64,000 bases of DNA, taken from a virus. Lineage: Duplodnaviria; Caudoviricetes. The position numbers and the translations under genes were made by a program. The notes beneath the pieces are model-generated. The model saw only the letters and a program-made list of their open reading frames with translations. It searched no databases and was not told where the DNA came from. The stretch's first letter is position 1. Each line of letters opens with the position of its first letter. Shown piece by piece: positions 28,225 to 38,401 of the stretch. The DNA is taken from positions 1-64,000 of IMG/VR virus record IMGVR_UViG_3300046531_000318, one strand, 5' to 3'.

Positions 28225-28893
28225 ATGCAAAAGACCACCATCATTCTCGCGCTGGCAGCAGTCGCGTTGAGCAGCGCGGCTAACGCGCAAACGAGCGGAG
28301 TTTCCTCCGGGGCCACGGCAACGACGGCATCTACCAGCGCGGGCGGCGCCGTTGTTTTCGCTCCGACGTCGGGCGATTCGAACGTCAACTACGCGGCGAA
28401 CTCCGCCATTGCACCGGGGCTTGTCGCGGGTATGACCACCTGCATGGGCTCGGCCTCCGTTGGCTTTCAGGTGCGCGAGTTTGGTTTCTCGTCCGGCAAG
28501 ACGTACAAGGACGAGGATTGCCAGGCGGGTAACTTCGCGCAGACGCTGTGGAATCAGGGCTATCGCGCGCAGGCCATCGGCGTGCTGTGCTCACGTCCGC
28601 TGATCCGATATGCGGTGGCCACGCAGGGAGGGATTCCGTACCGTCGCGATGATGGTGTGATCGTGCATCGTGCTTGCCCGATGACGCCTGAAGAATGGCA
28701 CTCGGCTGGCGAGCCGTTGCTCGACCCGATCACGGGCCGTCCGATGACCGAAGGCGAAATGAATCCTCCGATCAAGGTGTCCGTTGCGCCGCTCACGCCC
28801 GAGCAAAAGAAACAGCAGGAGAACGTCGCTTTGATCGAACAGCGCGCGGTCGATATCGCTCGCAGGCAGGATGCGGTTGTTGCTGCCAAGTAA
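28225..28893 (+). CDS. Secreted Cys-containing protein
   Basis: Signal peptide; SAIAP...CMGSAS.G...DEDC...LC...ACP. Confidence 0.7.
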   Translation: MQKTTIILALAAVALSSAANAQTSGVSSGATATTASTSAGGAVVFAPTSGDSNVNYAANSAIAPGLVAGMTTCMGSASVGFQVREFGFSSGKTYKDEDCQAGNFAQTLWNQGYRAQAIGVLCSRPLIRYAVATQGGIPYRRDDGVIVHRACPMTPEEWHSAGEPLLDPITGRPMTEGEMNPPIKVSVAPLTPEQKKQQENVALIEQRAVDIARRQDAVVAAK

Positions 28894-28902
28894 GGGGCTG
28901 CC

Positions 28903-29280
28903 ATGAAACGTTTTGTCTTGTTGCTCACCCTCTCTGCGGCTTGCGGCGCTGCCGTAGCTGCTGACGCGGGCGTGGTGAATGGTGGCCTTCCTCCCGGCTT
29001 CCCGCCGACGATCCGCGTGCTGAATGTTCCGCTTGGCTCGGGCGTCCCTTCGGTTGGGGCGACGTCCGGTTACAGCGTCGCGGAGCACGTCCGTGACGGC
29101 CTGTATCACGTCCCGGGCTATCTTCCCTTCGACCCGACCGCCGAACCCGTTCCTGCGCGCGTTGTTCCCCTGCGATGCACGGGTTCTCCCGGTTCAGAGT
29201 GGGTCTGCGATGGCTACTCGATCCATCCCGGGATATCGCGCGGGGAGAACATCCTGATTCAGCCGGTCCTCTCCAAGTAG
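28903..29280 (+). CDS. Small secreted protein
   Basis: Signal peptide; Cys pair in C..S...WVC; terminator follows. Confidence 0.65.
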   Translation: MKRFVLLLTLSAACGAAVAADAGVVNGGLPPGFPPTIRVLNVPLGSGVPSVGATSGYSVAEHVRDGLYHVPGYLPFDPTAEPVPARVVPLRCTGSPGSEWVCDGYSIHPGISRGENILIQPVLSK

Positions 29281-29283
29281 TTC

Positions 29284-29311
29284 AAGCCAGCCGCGCGCTG
29301 GCTTTTTTTTC
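29284..29311 (+). terminator. Intrinsic terminator
   Basis: AAGCCAGC-cgcgc-GCTGGCTT plus T-tract. Confidence 0.75.
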
Positions 29312-29740
29312 GGCTTGCTCCGAAAAGAGTTTTATCAGTTGGTGCATAGTTCCCGGGGCGATGCAAACATGGGCTTCCTCAATCGAACGGAGATGTTCAT
29401 GAACGATGTTGAAATGAAGGCCTGGGATAACGTCTGCGACAACACGCCTGCTGAAGAAGGCGCACGCTTTGACGCGGTCGCGCTGGTGGTTGCGGCCGGC
29501 GTGCTTTACGACGCTGCTGTCCTGATGGTGCAGCGCTGGTCCCGCCAGGCAGGCCATCGCGTCGTTGCTGTCGGCGACGACATGTGGACGTGGGACTTCG
29601 GTGGTCCCGACGGATATCCAGACGCTCTACCGGCTTAACGCGCCACTCGAACGCCAGCCTCGCGCTGGCGTTTTGCATTCTGGTCGTGACGCCATGCTGA
29701 ATCGCAGGTTTATCAATCGATTTAGCGAGGCAATACCGGC

Positions 29741-32356
29741 GTGCAGGAATTTGAAATTGACCTACCCGAACTGTTCCCGGCCCAAGAGCAGATTCTGGAA
29801 AGCGCCGCACGTTTTAACGTCGTTCACGGGGGCGCACAATCGGGGCTGAGCGCGCTCGCCATCGATGTGCTGCTCATGTCCCGCCTCGGGGCCGTCAACG
29901 GCTACCACACCGCTTTCCTGCTGCCGGATGAGGATGCGGTCGTCAAGGCGAAGCGTCGCGTCTTTTCCGTCATTCACCCACTCGTCATTGGCCGTCCCGA
30001 TCGGCCGCGCGTTGACCTCGTCACCGGCGGCTCTATCCGGTTTGCGGCGCTCAATGACCCGTCTCTCCAGTTGTGGGACCAGCTGTCGCTGATCGTCGTG
30101 GACGATGCGGCGCAGGTGCCGCGCCTCGAGCCGCTGTGGTTCGACATGCTCGAGCCGCTGCTCGCACAGTTCCGCGGCTCGGCGTGGTTCTTCTCGAAGC
30201 CCGCCGGCACGCGCAATGGCTTCGCGAACCTCGCCAGTCTCCAGAACTCGGATCCGCGCTGGGCGTCGCACAACCTGCGCACGTCGGACAACCCGTATTA
30301 CGACCGCGCGAAGCTCGCCGAGGAGCGGGAGAAGTTCTCGACCGACGAGTTCGCGCAGGAGCGGGATGGGCTGTTCATTGACACGGCGATCACGCTGTCC
30401 GCGAGCCAGCGCGTCGTCCGCTCGGGCGAGACCTTCCGCATGTGGTGCGAGCGCCTCGCGCGCGAAGGTCTGAAGGTCGATGGCAAGCCGTTCACGCTGG
30501 ACGATCGGCCGGCGATGGCGTGGATCTACGATCAGGTGCCTAGCACCGAGGACGAAGCCTATCGCTACGTGCTCGTTCTGATGAAGTGCGCGCAGGTGGG
30601 TTTCACGGTGATGGAGATCCTCGCGACGATCTACCTCGGTCTGCGCTTTGCGCCGTCGACCGTGATCATGTTTCTGCCGGATATGAACCTCGCGGGCCTG
30701 AAGTCCACTGAGCGTTTTATGCCGGTGGTGCGCTCGGTGCCGCAGGTGCATGCGCTGATGACGCAGGACGACAAGAACGGGGCCGGCCGCAAGACGGGCG
30801 AGGGCAACGTCAACCGGCGCCGGATTGCCGAGTCGCTGTACGTGTTCTCGTGGACCTCCGGCCGCGCCACGACCGAGTCGATTCCTGCTGACGTTTTGTC
30901 CTTTGACGAAGTGCAGGAAATGACGCTCGAGCAGATGGAGAAGTCCGTCGAGCGTCTATCGGCATCTGCGGTGCGTTTCGCGCTCATGGGCTCGACGGCG
31001 AACTGGCCGGACTCAGACATTCACCACTGGTACAAGCGTGGCTCGATGTACCAGTTCCACACCGAGTGCCCGACTTGCGGCGCACGTAAGCCGCTTGACG
31101 ATTATTTCCCTGATTGCATCAAGTTCGACCCTGCTCGCGACGCGTATCGCTACGTGTGCCCGAACGGGCATTGGATCGATGACACGCAGCGCGGCGTGTG
31201 GATCGCGGAGAATCCGGACGTCGACAAGCCGATCGATCCACGCATTCCCAAAAAAGACCGGCCGCTGCGCATCCGGTCGATTCACTTTCCGCAGTTCCTC
31301 TCGCCGACGATCTCCGCCGGCGAAATCATCGACGCCTACCGCTCTGCCACGGACATGAAGAACTTCTTCAACCGTAAGCGCGGGAAGCCATACACCGACC
31401 CGTCCCAGGTGCCCGTCACGCTCGAGCACTGCGCGGCATGCGTGGAGGCCGGCCGCATCGCCGGCATCGTCTGGAAAACGCGCGCGCGCGGCACGTTCAT
31501 GGGCATCGACCAGATGGGCCAGTTCAACGTGCACGTCATCAAGGAGCGGCTTCCGGACGGACGCCAGGCGACGATCCACATTGAGGAAACATACTCAACG
31601 GATCCGTTCGGCCGCTCATCCGAACTGATGGAGCAGTTCGGCGTCAGCGTGTGCGTGGTCGAAATCAACCCGAACTACAACGACGCGAAGAAGTTCGCCG
31701 CGCGTCACCCGGGCAAAGTGTTCATCTGTGACAGCTTCGGCTCGATGGTCGAGGGCATGATCCAGTGGGGCGATGGGCCAAAGCTCGACGCGTCCGACCG
31801 GCGCACGGACGAAGAGGCACGCGACCGCTACACGCTGCGCATGGACCAGTACAAATGCATGCAGGTGTCGATGGCGCGCATCGTGGAGCAGAAGTGCCTG
31901 TTCCCCGATCCGCAGGGGCTGGTGCAGGAAGTGAAGGACAAGGGCGTCACGCAACTCGCGGCTGTCGCGCCGCGCATGTTCCACCACTTCACCAAGACTG
32001 CGCTCGTCGCCGAGAAGGATCCCGAGACGAACAAGTACCGTCGCTCCGTGAAGAAGATCGGCATCGACCCGCACTTCTCGTACGCAAACATGCTGTGCGA
32101 CGTCGCGTGGTCGCGCGCGCACGGCACGTCGACGTTCATCTTTCCAGACGAAAAAGAGGCGGTTCCTGTGGTCGAGGCTCATGGCGCGATCGCGCAGGGT
32201 ACGGTGTTGAATCGCGTCCTCGAGGAGACGGCCGCGATCGGTGATGGGCGGTGCGGGCGCTGCTCCGCGTTTGATCCGGAGCGCGGCTGGTGCGAATCAC
32301 ACGAAGTGCTGGTGCGAGCCAGCGATCTGGCCTGCGAGCTATACGACGAGGACTAA
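29741..32356 (+). CDS. Terminase large subunit: degenerate N-terminal ATPase module + gpA-like ATPase/Zn + nuclease
   Basis: KCAQVGFT, LSFDEV, GSTAN, CPTCG/CPNGH, MGIDQ; upstream copy GGAQSGLS/VVDDAA/SKP/DNPY. Confidence 0.85.
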   Translation: MQEFEIDLPELFPAQEQILESAARFNVVHGGAQSGLSALAIDVLLMSRLGAVNGYHTAFLLPDEDAVVKAKRRVFSVIHPLVIGRPDRPRVDLVTGGSIRFAALNDPSLQLWDQLSLIVVDDAAQVPRLEPLWFDMLEPLLAQFRGSAWFFSKPAGTRNGFANLASLQNSDPRWASHNLRTSDNPYYDRAKLAEEREKFSTDEFAQERDGLFIDTAITLSASQRVVRSGETFRMWCERLAREGLKVDGKPFTLDDRPAMAWIYDQVPSTEDEAYRYVLVLMKCAQVGFTVMEILATIYLGLRFAPSTVIMFLPDMNLAGLKSTERFMPVVRSVPQVHALMTQDDKNGAGRKTGEGNVNRRRIAESLYVFSWTSGRATTESIPADVLSFDEVQEMTLEQMEKSVERLSASAVRFALMGSTANWPDSDIHHWYKRGSMYQFHTECPTCGARKPLDDYFPDCIKFDPARDAYRYVCPNGHWIDDTQRGVWIAENPDVDKPIDPRIPKKDRPLRIRSIHFPQFLSPTISAGEIIDAYRSATDMKNFFNRKRGKPYTDPSQVPVTLEHCAACVEAGRIAGIVWKTRARGTFMGIDQMGQFNVHVIKERLPDGRQATIHIEETYSTDPFGRSSELMEQFGVSVCVVEINPNYNDAKKFAARHPGKVFICDSFGSMVEGMIQWGDGPKLDASDRRTDEEARDRYTLRMDQYKCMQVSMARIVEQKCLFPDPQGLVQEVKDKGVTQLAAVAPRMFHHFTKTALVAEKDPETNKYRRSVKKIGIDPHFSYANMLCDVAWSRAHGTSTFIFPDEKEAVPVVEAHGAIAQGTVLNRVLEETAAIGDGRCGRCSAFDPERGWCESHEVLVRASDLACELYDED

Positions 32357-33104
32357 GCCAGCGCCGCAGCTGCAAGCACAATTGCGCGGCGCGTCGCGGC
32401 GTAGTCCTCGGGGATCAGTTCGCCTTCGTCAGTTCCGGATTGGACCTCGGGGAACGTGTCCTCATCAATCCCGGCGCCCGGCTTCGGTCGGGTGCAGTAC
32501 GTCGCGCCTGCGTTGATGTGCTCGTTGGCGATGGTCAGTTGCAGCTTGACGGCCAGCCGCAGCGCCTGCCCATCGTGCTCGAGCGGGTTCCAGTAGCCGT
32601 CGACGTCGTCGTGGGCGAGGTAGAGGGCTGCCGTGTAGCCATAGCGGACCTCTAGCCACGATCCATCCTCATAGTGACCGTCGCCATAGCCGGCCGCACG
32701 CGCCGCGCGCTCGAGCAGTTCTCGGTCTGTCATTCTGGCCTCGCTGGCGTGATCGTGATGGGCAGCTCGATCCACTTGAACGGCCGGTCAAATTTGATGG
32801 TCACGTTCAATTCCGCGCCGTCGCCGGCGGCTTGCGCTCCGCATCCGAAGTGGACCGCTGAAGCAGGCACCCATGCGCAGTTCGGTATCCGCTCGTCCAG
32901 CGTGGCGCCCAAAGCGCGAATGTCGGCGGCATAGACGCGCGCCTCGCTGTAGGCCGGCATGCTCTTGAGGTCATCGATGAAGCTCTCCGCTCGCTTTGCA
33001 ATCGCTCGCCGGAGATCGGCCTCGCACGGCACCAGAGTTTCTTCAAGTGCGGCACGGATGGTTTCCTGAACGAATCTCAGCGCTTCTTCGGTCGATTGGG
33101 TCAT
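32353..33104 (-). other. Two hypothetical phage genes (32353-32733, 32730-33104)
   Basis: MTDRELLE.AARAAG..WNPL..DG.ALRLAVKL, a common phage pattern. Confidence 0.6.
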
Positions 33105-33184
33105 TGCTTTCCTTCTCTCATGCTTAGGATGCTTCAAACGGCAGCGCGGCGCGCTCCTACCGACGCGCGCCGCGTTTTGATGGA

Positions 33185-34888
33185 TTACGACCAGTCGATG
33201 GTGCCCGGCGCCGGGCACGTCCACGATGCCTTCAGGCGTTCGCGCATCTCGGCGAGCGTCGTCGTGCGCAGCAGCTTTCCGTCACGGAAAACCGGCACCA
33301 GTTCGCCGCCGTCGAACTGCTCGAGCGTCTGCTGTTCGTGGAGCACGTAGTCGCTTCCTTCCTTCTCGACGCGCAGCAGCCCCTTCGCTGACTTCTTCGT
33401 GCCGTCGTCGGTGGCCGGGTCTTTGTAGATCGCCACCTGTTCGCCGCCAACCTCCGCGTAGACCGCCTTCATGGCCCAGCCGAACGTATCGCGCGAGAGC
33501 ATGTTGTACGTGTACGAGCCGATGCCGAACACGACGTTGTTGGACGCGAAACCCTTCGCGACGAGGCGGTGCATGATGTCGCGGGCGCGCGGCAGGCTGA
33601 TGCTGTCGCCGTAGATCAAGCCGACGCTGTCGTCCAGCACCTTGAATCCCTTCGTCGTCGTGGTGCCGCCATAAATGTCCCACAGGCACTCGACGGCGCC
33701 TTTACGCTCCGCTTCGGTGATGCGCGTGTCGGTGCCGTCGAGTACCAGGTACTTGCCATCGGTGAACAGGTACGGCTGACCTTCTTCGTCGCAGGCGAGT
33801 TCGTCATCAAAGTATCCGGTCAGGATCTTCACTGGATCGCCCGAGTCCGGCCGAAACACCACCTTGCGCATGCCGAGCGCGTTCGGCGCGCGCGCGCGGA
33901 TCTCATCCTTTAGATCGCGGGCCACTTTGGTGATGACCGCCCAAAAGTCGAACGAGTCGGCGACGATCGATACCATGCCGGTCGGGTAGTCCTGAGTCAC
34001 CAGTTCGCGGATGACCTCGCACTCCGCCAGGCGGCGCAGCGCCTTTTCCTCGAGGCCTTCATTGCCCGGCGCACGTGCGAGGCGCTGCTGCGTGAGCAGG
34101 ATGCGCAGCGTCATCACGCTGTGCTCCGTGGCCGGGATGGAGCCGCCGACCAGTTCCGTGTCCGCGTTAGCGCCGTAGAAGTCCTCGGCGTAGTCGATGG
34201 CCGGGATCGTGTCGGTGCCGGTGAAGGACAGCAGGTGGCCCGCGCCGCAGCGCATCGCGTCGTGCACGCCGCTCATGCCGCGCATCGAGAAGTCGTGGCC
34301 CTGCCAGTCGATGAATTCCTTCGGTGCGCCGGTCACCTCTGCGAAGTAGGTCAGGAGCTTGCGGAACTCAAACGCGAGCGTCGCCACGGTCGACGGCTTC
34401 CAGTTCTCGCAGCTGAAGATCGTTTCGAAGTAGGTAGCGAGCCACGGGAATTCCGGGTGCGTGTTGATGAACACCACCGGCGGAACCTTGATGTTCACGC
34501 GGGCGCCTTCCGGCAGCGCGCGGATCTCGAGCGGCAGGTACCCGAGGTCGTGGAGCGCCTCGAGCTTGTCGGTCGACACGGCGTCCTGTCCGAGTGCCGT
34601 ATCCATGCGGCGCTTGAACTTGTGCACTGCGGGCTTGGTGCCGACGCCGAAAAACTCGCGGTTAAACAGCCCGATCAGGTACTCGCTGATGAAGCCCTGG
34701 AGGCCGAACCAGACCACTTTGCCGTCGAACAATTGCGGCAGGACCGGTGCGTACTTCGCGCTGCGCGGCGTGAAGTTGGCGACGAGCTTCGTCGTCTCTG
34801 CTGGGTAAAGTCCCGGATGCGAAGTCTTATAAAAATCTGCAAGATTGAAAGGAACCAGGCCATTCTTTACGCCGTACGGTGCATTCAT
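33185..34888 (-). CDS. NAMPT/NadV-like protein (NARP1 Namat-like)
   Basis: DFYKTSH, HDFSMRG, HLLSF.GTDT, ATEHSV, DSFD, RPDSGDP, IYGDSI, KDPATD..KKSAKG. Confidence 0.9.
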   Translation of the reverse strand: MNAPYGVKNGLVPFNLADFYKTSHPGLYPAETTKLVANFTPRSAKYAPVLPQLFDGKVVWFGLQGFISEYLIGLFNREFFGVGTKPAVHKFKRRMDTALGQDAVSTDKLEALHDLGYLPLEIRALPEGARVNIKVPPVVFINTHPEFPWLATYFETIFSCENWKPSTVATLAFEFRKLLTYFAEVTGAPKEFIDWQGHDFSMRGMSGVHDAMRCGAGHLLSFTGTDTIPAIDYAEDFYGANADTELVGGSIPATEHSVMTLRILLTQQRLARAPGNEGLEEKALRRLAECEVIRELVTQDYPTGMVSIVADSFDFWAVITKVARDLKDEIRARAPNALGMRKVVFRPDSGDPVKILTGYFDDELACDEEGQPYLFTDGKYLVLDGTDTRITEAERKGAVECLWDIYGGTTTTKGFKVLDDSVGLIYGDSISLPRARDIMHRLVAKGFASNNVVFGIGSYTYNMLSRDTFGWAMKAVYAEVGGEQVAIYKDPATDDGTKKSAKGLLRVEKEGSDYVLHEQQTLEQFDGGELVPVFRDGKLLRTTTLAEMRERLKASWTCPAPGTIDWS

Positions 34889-35811
34889 TGTGATTTTCCT
34901 TCTGTTGTTAAATTAGGTTTTTTCTTCCGGATGGGAGGAGCGCAGACGTGCCGCCCCCTGCTCGCGAGCATCAACTTCTCAATCGCAGGCGCGGTTCCTA
35001 GCCGGAAAGTAACCAAGGTTTCGTTGTGCCATGCGGTCACTCTCCGGCCTGTGCAACAGGCGCTTATCGCTTTGAAATGCACGCCTGTCTCATCCATTGC
35101 TGTTCTGGCATTTACATATGTGCCGAGCAATCGCCCATCTATGGAGTACATAGAAACTTGCTTGCTCAGGCGCTCGACGTTGTCGGGACGGATCGATCCT
35201 AGCTTTGCTGCTCTGATCTTGTCGCCGAAACCTTCCGGTTTTGGCTTGCCCAGGTGAACTTGCCGTAGCTTTTCGCGGGTTTCCTCCGTTATCAGTCTCG
35301 GGTTTTCGGCTCGAGTTTTCGCGATCCTCGCCAATACCTCAGGGCTATGCTTCCTGCCGATGGCTCTGATCCGCAGCTTCGCCTTGTGCTCTGGTGTCAA
35401 AGGGCGACCTCGCGCTGAGGAGGCGCGCTTTTCCACCGCCTGTTTGCTCCGCGCGCGATAGCTCAGTGAACCACCACCTTCCGTGATGTTTGTTAAGACG
35501 CCAGAACCGTTAGCAGTTCTTCCCCATCGTGCGATAAGAGCCATCTCAAGGTCGAACGCCTCATTCTTTGTAAGCCCGTCGCGCACGAACATCAGAAACG
35601 CATCGCGCCCGGTAGCTTCTCTGATCTTCTTTACTTTCCGGGCCTTGTGCGGGTTGTAAAGATTCTCGTAGACGCCGCAAGTGAAGTGCTTGAACGCTCG
35701 ACGGTCTTTGCCCATGCCAACGTAAAACGGCTCATAGGGGACACCTCTGCCGTCATTTAGCGGCTTTCGCGGGTCACACAGCATGTAGACGTAGAACAGC
35801 GCGTGGGTCAT
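34885..35811 (-). CDS. Free-standing GIY-YIG (LEM-3-like) homing endonuclease with NUMOD3/NUMOD1 motifs
   Basis: FYVYMLCDPR...FYVGMG..RA..H, E..LI..WG, LTN.T.GG; TPEHKAKL/HSPE/TEETREKL repeats; V.MYSIDG..L.TY; visibly lower GC. Confidence 0.8.
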   Translation of the reverse strand: MTHALFYVYMLCDPRKPLNDGRGVPYEPFYVGMGKDRRAFKHFTCGVYENLYNPHKARKVKKIREATGRDAFLMFVRDGLTKNEAFDLEMALIARWGRTANGSGVLTNITEGGGSLSYRARSKQAVEKRASSARGRPLTPEHKAKLRIRAIGRKHSPEVLARIAKTRAENPRLITEETREKLRQVHLGKPKPEGFGDKIRAAKLGSIRPDNVERLSKQVSMYSIDGRLLGTYVNARTAMDETGVHFKAISACCTGRRVTAWHNETLVTFRLGTAPAIEKLMLASRGRHVCAPPIRKKKPNLTTEGKSQ

Positions 35812-35835
35812 GGCGTGGCACTAGAATTTGGACGT

Positions 35836-36654
35836 TCAAACGATTACGCAGCGGCTGTCGTCAGTCCAGTTATTTCTCGTGAATACTCGGTCGTAGCACT
35901 CGAGCAGCGGGTCGAGTCCTTTGCTGAAGATGCCGTGCGTGACGTACAGGTAGATGGGATGCATGTAGTTCTGCTCGCGGATCGCTGCGGCCAGTTCGAT
36001 GAACGTCCGGCCGCCGTCGCAGATGTCGTCCACCACCAGCAGCGGGCCGCCAGGCAGTTCCGACTGGATCTCGGTGCCGGTGATGTGGCCGGTTCGCGTG
36101 TCGCGCACCTTGTCGGCGTACACGACGTCACAGCCAGTTTCCTTGGCCAGCTTGAGAACGCGTTTGCGGGCGCCGGCGTCGGGCGCCACCATCGTCGGTT
36201 GCTGGCGCGCGATGAGGAAAATCTGCCCGACGACTTCGCGCAGCGCCGGCAGCGGATCTTGGATCTGGACACGGTCCAGCAGCGCTGTGACGACGTCGCT
36301 GTGGGGGTCTTGGATGCCTACCAATGCATAGTTTTGCGCGTTGATAAGTTGGCAAAAAACCTTGACGCTGTGTGCTTCGCCCGGGTTCGCGACGCGGTCC
36401 TGCCGTGCGTACGGGACGTATGGCATGTCGAGAACAATGGGCCTGCCGGGATACGCCTGCCGCACTGCATCGGTGACCATGAGCAGCGTCATAACCTCTG
36501 CGGAGTCGCTCAGATGGGCGCGCACGAGAACGTCATCAACGCCATCCACACCAGCTTCGACTGACGCATGGATCTCGCCGCCTGGGAACGTTAGGGTTTT
36601 CAGCTCAAGCGGACGCTGCGAGCCATTTCTATTGAGGGCCGACAAATGAATCAT
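35836..36654 (-). CDS. PRPP-synthetase-like protein (NARP1 Adps-like)
   Basis: FPGGE, PYVPYARQDR, DPHS, APDAGA, VVDDICDGGRTF, VTHGIFSKG. Confidence 0.9.
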   Translation of the reverse strand: MIHLSALNRNGSQRPLELKTLTFPGGEIHASVEAGVDGVDDVLVRAHLSDSAEVMTLLMVTDAVRQAYPGRPIVLDMPYVPYARQDRVANPGEAHSVKVFCQLINAQNYALVGIQDPHSDVVTALLDRVQIQDPLPALREVVGQIFLIARQQPTMVAPDAGARKRVLKLAKETGCDVVYADKVRDTRTGHITGTEIQSELPGGPLLVVDDICDGGRTFIELAAAIREQNYMHPIYLYVTHGIFSKGLDPLLECYDRVFTRNNWTDDSRCVIV

Positions 36655-36872
36655 TGTTTTTCTTCCAGCGGGTTGTAATCCGGGTGAAGCCCGGTCTTGA
36701 TGAGGAACAACTCAAATCTCGCGGCATCGATCCTGCGGGTGCCGCGCTCGTATTCGGACCACCGCGAGCCGCTGGCAAGATGCACCAGCGTCGCGGCCTT
36801 GGACTGGCTCACGCGCGCGGCGCGGCGTAGGGCGCGGATCTCGTCACAGGTCGGGGTCTGCAATTTCTTCAA
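36651..36872 (-). CDS. XRE-family HTH protein
   Basis: IRALRRAARVSQSKAATLV..WSEYERG. Confidence 0.75.
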   Translation of the reverse strand: MKKLQTPTCDEIRALRRAARVSQSKAATLVHLASGSRWSEYERGTRRIDAARFELFLIKTGLHPDYNPLEEKQ

Positions 36873-37675
36873 AACAGTTCGCCTTGCTCGGTGAGCGGTG
36901 GTGACCAGGTAATGCCGCGCTCGCGCTCAATGCGGCGCCGCGCGTTCTCGCGCACGGCGTGCTTCAGGCGCTCAGCCTCACTTTGTTCAATCGGTTGCGT
37001 CATCAGGTCCGTCGAGCCGGCATGCTCGGGGCAGTAATCACGGCTGTCGAACCCGCCTAAAGGCTTGCTCGCCTTGATGTGGATCCAGCCGCGGTATTCG
37101 GCGTGGCCACGGCACAGCGGCATGTCGCAGGTGTACGGTGCTGCGAGCGCGCGGATCCTTTTCTCCTTGCGGTCGATGCCAGTCACTCGCGCGCCGATCG
37201 GCCAGCCGAACGTGAAATCACACAACAGCGTCGCGGGCTCATTGCAATAGAAGCAGCGGTGTTGCGGCTTTGGCATCACCATTCGCCGGCGAGCCCGTTC
37301 AGCTTCAACAGCACAAATCGGACGTTCGCCGTGCTCGAGTCGCGGTAGATGCCGCGCGCGATCGCGCCGACCAGGTACAGCAGGTAAAGCCGCTGCGTTT
37401 CGCGCGTCCACGCGTCTAGCTGGCCTTTAGCCTTGGCATCGGGCATGGGCGGCACCGGCGCGCAGCTGGGCCGCAGCTTTTCCGGTATCGCTGCGATCGC
37501 CGCGGCATGTTCGGCGCGCGCCGCACTGTGGTCCGGCTCGGGTTCGGCCGCTTTCTTGGCCTTCTGCGGCGCGGCGGCCGGCGGCGGCGCTGCGTCGAAC
37601 ATGTCGAGCGTGCGCGGGCAGCGCTCGAGCGGCGCAGGCGGCGGCGCTTGAACCTCTGGCGCTCCGCCGAACATA

Positions 37676-38041
37676 TCAAGCTGCATCGGGCACCTCCGTG
37701 CCGAACCTGCCATGCACAAAGGCCCGCATGGCACTCTCCAGTGGTGTGCTGCCGTCCATTGCGCCGAAGGCGTTAAGGCACCGCACGGGGCCGACTACGT
37801 CGGTTTGCATGAAGACGTAGCCTTGATTGAGTAGTCGGCCGAGGATCGGGCCGCCGTCTGCCCATGACGACGACGGTTCGAACGTGCGGTAGCGGGTAAT
37901 CGGGCCTTCGTCGTCCTCGCTCTCGTACGGCACCATGACAAAGCCAGGCGCCATTTCTCGCATGGCGCGCGGGTGTTCGATGCCTTCGGCTTTCGCGACC
38001 CAATAGTCGAGCAGGGCGCCGCTGAGTTCGGCAACCTTCAT
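37676..38041 (-). CDS. NinX-like (DUF2591) phage protein
   Basis: ELSGALLDYWVAKAEG..PSSSW..GGPI..PL.SAMRAFV. Confidence 0.7.
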   Translation of the reverse strand: MKVAELSGALLDYWVAKAEGIEHPRAMREMAPGFVMVPYESEDDEGPITRYRTFEPSSSWADGGPILGRLLNQGYVFMQTDVVGPVRCLNAFGAMDGSTPLESAMRAFVHGRFGTEVPDAA

Positions 38042-38401
38042 GCGTCACCTCGCTCGATGTCCCACACCGGCGCGGGGAACTCGACCCAATGCGTCACACC
38101 GGCGAACGGGCGGTGGTGACCGACGTCCTCATCGGCTACCCAATGCAGGCCGGCTGCGAGCGCTCTGCGCTCCGCCAACGTGAACTGTGCGCCGCCACGG
38201 CTGCCAATCGCGCGCTGCTCGATCTTTTCCGCGCTGTAGAACTCCGGGTGCTCGGGCTGATGCAGAGGCCACCCCGAGACGATGCATCCGTCGAAGATGA
38301 ACGCCACGCGTCCAATGGACTCCTGATAGCCGGGCTCGCCATCGCGGGGCGGCAGGCCGTCGACGGCCACGTCGTGAATTTTCACGGTGATCTCGCGCAC
38401 G

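Noticed and set aside
34885-35811. Group I intron or intein
   Set aside because: Both flanking genes are complete, and the short spacers leave no room for intron structure.
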